64,000 nt of DNA from Pristiophorus japonicus (lineage: Eukaryota), in NCBI RefSeq assembly GCF_044704955.1, contig NC_091989.1, forward strand, positions 21,328,001 through 21,392,000, read 5' to 3'. The notes under the pieces were generated by a model. That model was not told the DNA's origin. It ran no database searches and saw nothing but the letters and a program-made list of their open reading frames with translations. Positions within the stretch are counted from its first letter, which is position 1. Each line of letters begins with the position of its first letter. This document shows, piece after piece, positions 1 through 34,100 of the stretch. The position numbers and the translations under genes are program-made.

Positions 1-245
1 CTTGCTCAAGTGGATGTAAAAAATTCCCTCAAAAGAGCAGAATTCTCCTTATTTCCTGGTCAACATTCTGTCCTTATCAAACACCACCAAAAACAGATTT
101 ATGGTTCAGTTGCTGTTTGTGGGGTGTACAAAGTGGCTGCCATGTTTACCTACATAACAGTGAGTGCACTTCAACAGTAATTTGTTGGTTGTAAGGCATT
201 TTGCAATGTCTTGAGGATGTCATAAGCTCTATAAATGCAAGTTCA
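1..245 (+). mobile_element. Deu-like SINE, partial
   Basis: gtggatgtaaaa core; ctataaatgcaag tail. Confidence 0.6.
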
Positions 246-898
246 TTTAAAAAAGAATCATATTTTAGCCATTAGATGATGTGCAGCATTGGTTGAAGTA
301 GAAAAACATTAAACAATTGGACCCACTAAATTATCTAGATCTATCTTGAGCTCTAACCTGCCCTTTTAGGTCCTGAGGGAAATTTCTATATAAATACAAT
401 GATCTCAAAAAGTAATTAAGCATGTTCCAGAATTCAACTACCCTCCTCTAACTCCACTATTAAACTCTCACCCACTGGAGTTCACTAGCCTCAAAAGGTG
501 CTGGCACAACTGGCCCAAGGGGAAAATCGGCAAGTTTCCTGATCACAATCACTGTTCAGCAACCCTCACTGGAGGATAGGATCTGCTGTGTCCAAGTCTG
601 CTGACACTCAACCTCAAGGCTCACACATGATTAGCAGCCACTTGGACAATTTACAGCATGGGTGCTTAGCTCCCCAGAACTGTACTCCAGCAGTGTCAAC
701 TCTGAGTGGAAAACAGCAAGGGAATGAAAACCTCTACCCTGCTGCTGTATACAGGGGAAATATTTGATAATTTCATTCCCCAGCAACATCAGACACAATG
801 CACCAAGTGGTGATTCTTCACACTATCATAGAATTGTTACTGTAGGTTAGACATATGAATGTTTCTCTCAAAGAATGGACCCATCAAAGGCTAAACAG

Positions 899-1252
899 TA
901 TTGAAATGTATAAAATTCTGACTGGGTTGGATAGACTGGATGCAGGGAGGATGTTTCCCCTTGCTGGGAAGTCTAGAACAAGGGGTCAGAGTCTCAGGCT
1001 ACGGGGTAGGAAATTTAGGACCGAGATGAGGAGAAATGTTTTCACTCAGAGGGTGGTGAACCTGTGGAATTCTCTACCACAGAAGGCTGTGGATGCCAAG
1101 GCACTGAATATATTTAAGAGTGATAGATAGATTTCTAGAAACAAAAAGGTATCAAGGGGTATGGGGAGAAAGTAGGATTATGGTGTTGAGATAGCAGATC
1201 AGCCACGATCATATTGAATGGCCTACTACTGCTCCTATTTTCTGTTTCTATA
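899..1252 (+). mobile_element. CR1 LINE 3' fragment
   Basis: YKILTGLDRLDAGRMFP...RTRGQSL...RVVNLWNSLP. Confidence 0.85.
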
Positions 1253-2117
1253 GAATGGAATCTCAATGGCCCTGAAACATTTAAAATATTGTGCAAAAAG
1301 CTGTGCATTCTTATCCACTTAATAGGATCTTTCTCTTGTACCCAACGTAGCTAAAGATGGAACTGCAATGAGGAATTGTTCCAAGATCTATTTTCTGCAA
1401 CGTCTGTGCTGTTTATGAAAACATGTATTACATTTTAAATACCAGAGCTGGACTTCCCACACTGGCATGTGAGAATTGACCAGAATCCTTGGTCACAGTC
1501 CCATTCAATGAGTGTATTCTCCTTCTGGAATGCTGTGGTTCAGATCCAGCACTCCATACTGTACCATTTCTTTTTTTGGGGGGGGGGGGGGGGGGGGGGC
1601 ACAATTTCCATTCTCCCTCCACCTCAAATTGCCTCCCCCACGTCAACTTAATGTTGCAGCATTGATTGCTGGTGGGCAGTGTCAGCCTGTGTTGTTCGTC
1701 ACTCCGTTTACAATTCCGTCCAGCGCTGTCCCCTACCATACGAGGCTGTATCCTTTTGCCCTGCCCAGGACAGGCGCCCATATCCCAGTTTGAATCAAAT
1801 GGCGGATGAGAGGGGAAACCATTGTGCAAAAAAAAAAACGACCAGGAAACCAAGGGTACAAATATGTACAAATTATTACACTGTTGGATAGTTACAGGTG
1901 TAGGGAGGGGGTCACAATAGTTGCCAGTCAGATTGCATAATATCAAACTGTTAATCTACTGTGCCCAACAAATCAAAATAGATCCCAGATCTCAATAAAC
2001 CGAACCACTGCCATCTCAATTTGTAAAAACAGAGGCAGATTTCTGTATAAGACAAATGCTCATCGGTATCAAATTGAACATTTTTATAGCAACCACACTC
2101 AGGTTCTGTAGCTAGAC

Positions 2118-2250
2118 GTAAAGCTCTCGCTATAGTGACCCATCAGGCTCTCCCAGGCCAGGTACTGCATAGATAATGTAAAGCTCTCGCTATAGTGGCC
2201 CATCAGGCCCGCCCAGGCCAGGTACTGCATAGATAATATAAAGCTCTCGT
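2118..2250. repeat. 60-bp tandem repeat, ~2.2 copies
   Basis: gtaaagctctcgctatagtg...tactgcatagataat recurs at 60-bp period. Confidence 0.85.
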
Positions 2251-4284
2251 TGATGTGCCTCAGTCCCAATCTCAGAAGAGTGCCCTCTATCACACCTGAG
2301 ATTTTTCCATATCCCACACCAGCCGAGAGAGGCGCACCTCTAAATGAGATTGCTACATGCCATTCACTGTGCTTTACTTCACCTTGCTGAAGGCATTGAC
2401 TCCTGCTGGTGTATGTTCCACAGGCATTAGTCACCCCCTAGTACCTTGTTCAAGTGGCAATTCACCTGTGGTACTAGATGGCAATTACAGCATGACCCAA
2501 TCCCAGCCATGCTCACACTCCCAGTAGTGGAGTCACTCGGTCGTGATCAGGAGTGGGTTCCTGGCCCTAACCCAGCGACACCAGTGCAGCCAAAGTTAGC
2601 AGAGCGAGGGGCAAGGACTTCCTGGTCTGTACAGCTGAGCTATTGAAGGAGCCCAAAACAAATTTTTGCAAAGGCCTGACCTCAGCCCCACCAGCCTGGA
2701 GAGGGAAGCTAAAATAAAGTCATAGGTTTCTGTTTCTGAACCTTATTTAGCGAGTCTTGCTGGAAAGTGGACAGAATTTGGATCTGCTGCACTGCCCACC
2801 CAGTCAAATAGCCTGCCAACATTCACATCTGAAGAATGGCCACTTGGGGGGGGGGGGGGGGGGAAGTACAGGAGGGCTGCTGGTATTCAGAGCACCGTAT
2901 GACAGAACAGAGAAGAGGGTACAAGCTGCTTTCTTTAAACAGAGCAGCTTGCTTTAACACATCCCTTGAACTGAATCCAAGCACCATCCTGGTTTTCACT
3001 GACTTAGCGCAGTATTAAAAAAAGTTAAGATATGTAAAAGCCTTTAACCTGCAGCAGCCAATTGTGAAGATTCTGCAGCACAGTCAAAACAAAATACTTA
3101 TTTAGAGTCAGCAGAACTTGCTCAGAGAAATATAATTTGTCACTGAAGGGGCGAGTGATACCATGGTCAGGAATAGATCACAGTTCCAATATAGACATCC
3201 AGAGTGGGGTCCAGCATTTCCTAGGCTGGCTTCAGAGTGGTGTCCAGCATTGCCTGCAACACCACTCCTGACAAAGCCAACTTAGCCTTGAATTGGAAGG
3301 CCGGGGGGGGGGCGTCAGGATGAACTCAGTGCTACCAGCCCAGAGGCAGCCCAGATTAAATTCAGAGGACCCTCACAGTTTGAACTGATCCCAGAAGTGA
3401 TTTTACTTGAATTATTTTTCATTACCCTCCCCAGTGAAACCCATCAGCCTTTCACAGCCACCTATTTTCATTCTCAGGCCATTCTTACTGGAGATAGTTT
3501 GTCAAGACAGAACCCCACACCCCACTGCACTGTGCTTCCTGCAGTACTTTATAACTGGACTACTCAGAGTATCAAAAAACCCTAATAAAAGGCCCAGTTT
3601 GCTTTGCATTGACACCACCAATTAAAAAGAGGCAACACAGAATGAGAGAGATGCTGAAGAAAGCAGGATTGTGCATGTGATGACTCCAGGAGTTTGAGGT
3701 ACCACCACAATGACCTTTGCCCACAGAACGACAGCAGCAGAAAAACATTACAAATTCTGTCGCTCTCCCCCACCCTCGAACACTTCACACAATGACCCCC
3801 CTCGCCGAAGAGGAATTCCACAATCCCGACAGGAATTCATTCCATTTTTCCACAGCAAATAGTGCTGTTTTGCTGCCTCCCACACAACGCGTTGAAGATT
3901 ATGAAAAGTACACACTCGCTTCCATTCATCAGTATAAAAGATGTCCTTTTCTTCAAACGGTGGGACGGAGAAAGTTTTTGCTTCTAAAAAAGGAAACATT
4001 ATAAAAAGGTGTCTCAATATTGAAGCAGCTGCACTGCAGCCAGATACTCGGAATGAGCACGGAGTGACGGCGGGAGCACGGAGTGACGGCAGAATCACAG
4101 GGAGATGTCACAAGGCTGGCTTCAGAGTTTATTTTCCAGAGTCCTGCTCCTCTCCGTCAGATATCAGTACAGAAAGGTCAAGGAGAAAGAACTGTGGGGG
4201 AGCAGGGGTGGGGTGAAGGGTCAGATGCTGAATGAGATCAGTTTCTGCACAAATCGAACACAAATGTCTCCCAGACACTGTTCC

Positions 4285-27809
<23,525 letters not shown>

Positions 27810-28105
27810 CGGCTCCGCCGCCACCGGATATAGAAAGGGACACTTCCGCTCACACACGTCACATGCGTCAGCGGGAAATCTTTAACATGTGACCCTGGTA
27901 CTGCCCCAGGATACGCCCACTGACACTCGGGAGACGCCCACTGACTACAGGGCACGCCCACGATCCCAGGACACGCCCACTGCCCCCAGGACACGCCCGC
28001 GGACAGTCAGGACACGCCCGCGGACACCCAGGACACGCCCACTCACAGGACACGCCCACTGATTACAGGACACGCCCACTGTCCCAGGACACGCCCACTG
28101 ACCCC
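27810..28105 (-). promoter_or_regulatory. TMEM209 CpG-rich promoter / 5'UTR
   Basis: ETS-like ACTTCCG at 27842-27848, CACGTCACATG (CRE/E-box-like) near 27856, ten (C)ACGCCC SP/KLF-type boxes at 27911-28100. Confidence 0.6.
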
Positions 28106-28394
28106 AGAGCCTCCCTCCATTCACATGGAGTGCGACCCCACCCACACTGACCCAAGGCCACTACCTCCGTCTCTTCCCTCCAAGGACTGTCCAAAGGGAC
28201 CCCTTGCACTGACACCAGGCTTACTCACCACCCCAGGCCACGGCCCCTGCATTGACCCCGGGACATCCAATCTCCACTGACCTCAGCCCATTTCCCCCTC
28301 TAGCTCCAGGCCACAGCCCCAAGTATCTTGAACTTCACACTACCACTCTCTCCTTACGATGCGAGCCACCCCACCCACTGATCCCAAAGTGATA

Positions 28395-29024
28395 TAATAT
28401 TGGCAGAAAAAATCAAAGTGCAAGTTATTATTTAAATGGGGAAAGATTGCAAAGTGCTGCAGTACAGCGGGACCTGGGGGTACTTGTGCATGAAGCAGAA
28501 AAAGATAGTATGCAGGTATGGAAGTGATCAGAAAGGCCAATGGTATCTTGGCCTTTATTGCAATGGGGATGGAGTATAAAAGCAGGGAAGTCTTGCTACA
28601 GTTGTACAGGGTATTGGTGAGGCCACACCTGGAATACTGCGTGCAATTTTGTTTTCCATATTTACAAAAGGATATACTTGCTTTGGAGGCAGTTCAGAGA
28701 AGGTTCACTAGGTTGATTCTGGGGATGAGGGGGTTGACTTATGAGGAAAGGTTGAGTAGGTTGGGCCTCTATTTATTGGAATTCAGAAGAATGAGAGGTG
28801 ATCTTATCGAAATGTATAAGATTATGAGGGGGCCTGACAGGGTGGATGCAGAGAGGATGTTTCCACTGATGGGGGAGACTAGAACTAGAGGGCACGATCT
28901 TAGAATAAGGGGCCGGCCTTTTAAAACCAAGTTGAGGAGAAATTTCTTCTTTCAGAGGGTTGTAACAGGCTCGAGGGACTGTATGGCCTACTCCTGTTCC
29001 TATTTCTTATGTTCTTATGTTCTT
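28395..29024 (+). mobile_element. CR1 LINE 3' fragment
   Basis: ORF 28518-29051 ([10 protein letters not shown]); (TTCTTATG)n tail. Confidence 0.88.
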
Positions 29025-29380
29025 ATTAATAGAAAGAATGTGCATTTATAGAGCACCTTTCATGTTTTCAGCATGTCCCAACAGTGCCAGCAAGCAACAC
29101 CTACTCACCAACAACCTGCTAATCTGCATTCAGTTCAATGCCAGGACTCTCGGCTCCAGACCTCATCACAGCCTTGATCCAGACACAGATGCAGGAGCCC
29201 AATGCCAGAGGAACGGAACAGTGAGAGTAGCCACCCTCAACAACAAGGGAGAATATGATCACGCACGGCACCAAGGATCCCTTGGAAAAAGGAGGTCAAT
29301 GGAGGTCAAGGGAAACACCCTCTAGTAGCTGGGGTTATACCTGACACAAAGGAAGATGGCCATGGTTGTTGGAGGTTAAT

Positions 29381-30566
29381 CATAGAAACATTAGGAACAG
29401 AAGTTCCTCGAGCCTCTTCTACCATTCAGTCATGGCTAATCTGTATCAACTCCATTTACCCACCTTTACTCCATATCCCTTGATACCCTTACCTAACAAA
29501 AATCTATCGATCTCAGTCTTGAAAATTTCAATTGACCTAAAACAGACAGCTTTTTAGGGTAGCGAGGTCCAGATTATTAGCCTTTTTGATTACTTGTTGC
29601 AGCGGTGCACTAGCTGTTAGTGATTTGTGTTCATGGACACCTAAATCCCATTGCTCCTCCACAGCTCCTCGTCTTTCTCCATTAAGAAAATATTCCAATT
29701 TGTCTTTCTCCAATCCAAAGTGGATGACCTCACACTGTCTTATCTTGAACTCCATCTGCCAATTTTGCCCACTCATTTAGTCTGTCTGTGTCCCTTTGTA
29801 ACTTCCTGCTCCCATCTTTCCAACTTATTGCTGGCTGGAATACAAAAGTGAAGAAGTGACGCAACAGTTGTACTGAGCCTTGGTCAGACCCCATCTGGAA
29901 TGCAGCGTTCAGTTTTGGGCACCACACCTCAGGAAAGATGGCCTTTGGAGGGTGTGCAGCACAGATTCAACAGAATGATACCGGGACTTAAAAGGTTAAA
30001 TAACGAGGACAGGTTGCATAAACCTTGTTTGTATTCCCTTGAGTATTGGAGATTGAGGGGTGATCTAAAAGAAAGAAAGATTTGCATTTATATAGCGCAT
30101 TTCACGAGCACCGGACATCTCAAAGCGCTTTACAGCCAATTAAATACTTGAAGTGAAGTCACTGCTGTAATGTGGGAAATGCGGGCAGGCAATTTGCGCA
30201 CAGCAAGCTCCCACAAACAACAATGTGATATTGACTAGATAATCTTTTGCTTTGTTATTTTGATTGAGGAATAAATTTTGGTTAGAACAGCAGAGATAAC
30301 TCCCCTGCTCTTCTTCAAAATAGTGCCATGGGATCTTTTATGTCCACTTGAGAGAGCAGAGGTTTAACGTCTTATCCAAAAGACAGCACTGCACTGGAGT
30401 GTCAACCTAATTTTTGTGCCCAAGCTCCTGGAGTGGGACTTGAACCCACAACCTTCAAACCCAGAGGCGAAAGTGCTACCCACTGAGTCACTAGCTGACA
30501 CTAATCAAGGTGAATAAAATAATGCAGGGATTCGATGGGGTAGATGCAGAGAAACTATTTCCTCTG
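29381..30566. mobile_element. Rearranged CR1 (minus and plus pieces) with a nested SINE
   Basis: Minus piece 29381-29828; plus piece 29830-30066 and 30502-30566. Confidence 0.7.
30067..30501 (-). mobile_element. Deu-like SINE nested in CR1
   Basis: Full head-to-tail copy on minus splitting CR1 ggtgatctaa|tcaagg. Confidence 0.75.
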
Positions 30567-30919
30567 CTCCCCCCTAACACTGCCCCAGCTGAGATCAGGT
30601 AACTCAACACAGAACAGGCTTTCTGTGACCTCCCTGATCTGAAGGGGTCAATAACACATTAACTTAATAAACTGTCTGCACACTTCCCCGCACCCCACCC
30701 CTTCCCCTTACCCTGCCATCCACAAGTAAGTTTTACAAATAATCACAAAGAGAAATAAAGTTGAAAGATTTGGTTGAACTGGAAGTCACCAATGCTCAGC
30801 TTTTTCACCTCCAATTTATTTGCACATCATCGAGTTATTAAGTTGATACCCACTTTTATTCACAATCATTAGGATTTTGCTGGAAAAACAAACAAGGTTT
30901 TGATATCAACAACCTCAAT

Positions 30920-31049
30920 TTGCGTGGGAATTATTCCATGTTTCTACAGATTAATGCTAGTCATTAATCTTTGGTCCAGGTGACTGTCTGTGCACCTCTC
31001 CCCCTTTAAATATGGCCCGGCACAGTGTGAGTTTCCACAAGACTTCACC
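30920..31049 (+). promoter_or_regulatory. Carboxypeptidase proximal promoter
   Basis: TTTAAATA TATA-like box at ~31005, E-box CAGGTG at 30977-30982, RBPJ-type CGTGGGAA at 30923-30930. Confidence 0.5.
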
Positions 31050-31114
31050 ATGAGGACGCTTCTGGTTTTCTCGGCTCTGTTGGTGGCCGTTTGCGCTCAA
31101 AGAAGTTTCGAGGG
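31050..31114 (+). CDS. CPA2: CPA exon 1, signal peptide ([22 protein letters not shown])
   Basis: accATG context, gtgagt donor. Confidence 0.9.
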
Positions 31115-34100
31115 GTGAGTTGCCTTGTGGCCAGAGTTCTTTTCAAGGAGATTCCCCGAGCTTAGTTTATCGGATCAGGCTCAAGGTTGGTAGGTCTTTA
31201 TGAGGATCTCTTGGTGTGGAACTGGAATGGTTCCAGATCCAATCCTCGCTCTTTGTTGAGTTAGCTGACCTCAGCTGGTGCAGAGTGGAGGGGGCACGAC
31301 AGTTGACCTGTGTGGCCCTTTCACTTTAAGAATATGGATGGCAACAGTCTGAAGTTTTTCTGCTAAAGCACTGATAGCCTGAAATAATGTCGCTTATTTA
31401 ATGGTGACTCGCCTCTGGGCTCTTGACTATCTGGCTCTATACTCCTCATATTTAATGGGCTACAAATTCGGTTGTGTAGTGCCCATTGTTTGGGTGATAT
31501 GGATGCTGTTTTGGGTCGAAAATGGCGCTCACTAAAGGACTGATCCTATGATTTGCACCCAGTCCCTGGTATTAACCTTACACTAAAGGATTGATCCTGG
31601 GATTTACACCCCATCCCTGGTATTAACCTTATACTAAAGGGACCTCCCTATAAAAGCTCTCCATTGAAGAATGACCTGGGAGCCATAGAAGCAGACGCAG
31701 CAGGAGTCAGCTCGTTCAGAATGGGAGGGAGAGAGGGGAGAAATAAATAATTGCTAAAATATATTTGTTCACTTTAATTGTTCCCAGAAGTTGTGATGCA
31801 TCCTGCAGATCAAAATGACTCCAGAAATTTCTCTCATAGCTTCACAAAGTATCTATCAACATAGGTACCAGTACTGTGTCAGCTTGTGATCAAACTCTCA
31901 CATCTGAAGGTTGTGTATTCAAGCCTCACTCCAAAGACTTGAGCACAAAATCCACGCTGGCATTCCCAGTGCAGGGCTGTGGGAGATGGAGATGCCTTCA
32001 TTCGGATGAGACGTTAAACCAAGGCCCCAACTGCCCTCTCAGGTGGACGGTGAAAGATCTTATAGCACAATTGGAAAACGAACAAGGGAGTTCTCCCCAG
32101 TGTCCTAGCTAATCGTTATCCCTCAACCAACATCATTAAAACAGATTAGCTGATCACTTATCTCATTGCTTCTTGTGGGACCTCGCTGTGTAAAAATTGG
32201 CTTCATTTCCCTACATTACAACAATACTTTGAAGTACTTTGCTTTGGGACAGCCTGGGGTCATGGTAGAAAGGCAAGTTCTTTCTTTCTTAATAATTAAT
32301 AAAAGGCCCTGCAACAAAACATTGTTACTGACACTTGGTCTGTTTGTAGGGACCAGGTCCTCCGGATTACACCTACAGATGAAAACCAGGTCAGCCTGGT
32401 GATGTCCATGGAGGACCAGGAACATCTCCAGGCAAGTCAGAGTGGAAAACAGCATCTCTTGCCATAAACTACAGAGGGAGCTACAAATACCTAGCAACTC
32501 TTCACTAGTGCACCGCCTATGCCATTGCTGATAGACCACAGTCTGCCCCACCATTGTGCTATTTCAGTGTTAATCTGTCCTGTCCCTTTAAAACCGCCAT
32601 TTTAACCGGGCTCATCCAGGTTTGGTAGCTGCTTATAAACTACCGGACCCAATCAGAGGGTGGTTCTAACTAGTTGTAAATTTCAGGCTCCGGGTTAATG
32701 AATGGCTTCCTCCCACTGTTATCAAAAAGTTGCTTTGCTTGTGAAGCAAAGTGTGACATCTGGTGTGTGACGGATACTGGCGGTAACTGTTTGGCTGCCC
32801 GTTATACACATAGTCACAAGTACCAGGGAATGGTAGCGTAGTGGTTATGTTACTGGATGAGTAATCCAGAGGCCGGGACTAATGATCCAGAGACGTGAGC
32901 TCAAATCCCACCACAGCAGCTGGGGAATTTAAATTCAGTTAATTGAATATCAGTAATGGTGACCATGCAACTACCGGATTGTTGTAAAAAATGAATATCC
33001 TTTAGGGAAGGAAATCTGCTGTCTTTACCCGGTCTGGCCTCTATGTGACTCCAGACCCACAGCTATGTAGTCGACTCTTAATGGCCTAGCGAGCCACTCA
33101 TTTGTTAAGAAGGCGGCTCAAAACCACCTTCTGAAGGGAAATTAGGGAAGGGCAATAAATGCTGGCCTTACCAGCGACACCCGCATCCCAGGAACAAAAA
33201 AAATGTAGCCTGATATTTCCTTCCTGTTGTGTTTCCCGTCACTGAAGTAGAATGAAGCTAAGGCCAGAGGACTCAGTGTGAAACAGTCACAGTAAATTCA
33301 TCGAGAAATATTCAGCAGCTGATCACTGGGAGCTGGCCGAGATATTACACGCACTGATTAGTGACACCGTGTGAGAACATCTGGTTCTTGGGAGGCATCC
33401 TCCTTCTGATGACGACATCAGATGTGCACTAGTTGACAGGTCATTACCTGAAAACACAGCTTTCATTATATAATGTATTGCATATATATATTATATATGT
33501 TAAAAATAAGCATCATTTTTGTTCTCTCTCTCGATCTAGCTTGACATCTGGCGCAGTCCCGTCAAGTCTGACCTCATTATAGATGTCCATGTTCCGCAGG
33601 GTAGTCTTCAGTCTTTCAAAGTGTTTCTGGAGTACAATAGGATTCAGTATTCGGTAATGATTGAAGACCTGCAGGTACGTCACTAAACCAAACCATGCCA
33701 GGTCGAGGGGCTACAATCGGGCTCAGTGTCCTAGGCTGGAGAGGGAGATATTCGGCCAGGTTTCCCATTCTTAATTTGATTCCAGCGGCCCCCTTTGGAA
33801 GTGTGTGTGACAGGGGTGGGTGGTAGTCTGTGCAAGTGGTTGTGTATACGAGCTGTGTGTGTATGTAGTTGTGTGTGAGTAGGGGTGTGTGTAGCTGTGT
33901 CCAAGTATGTGTAAGTGGGTATGAGTGTGGGGTGCGTGTTTGTGACTGCATGCGCTTGGGTGTGAGTGTAGGGTGTGTGTGTGAACTGTATGCGGGTGTG
34001 TATTAAGCTATGCAAGTGGGGTAGTGTGTGGGGTTGTGTGTGGGCACATATGCATGTGTGTGAGGGGTGTATGTATACGTGAGTAGGGGTGTGTGTACAG

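Noticed and set aside
1577-1599. Long poly-G runs (also 2846, 3303, 35887)
   Set aside because: Simple homopolymers of uncertain length with no supportable function.
1-4284. TMEM209 poly(A) site or the 3' end of a convergent neighbour such as KLHDC10
   Set aside because: Several AATAAA candidates (e.g. minus strand 4128-4133) but no coding exon or other evidence to choose among them.
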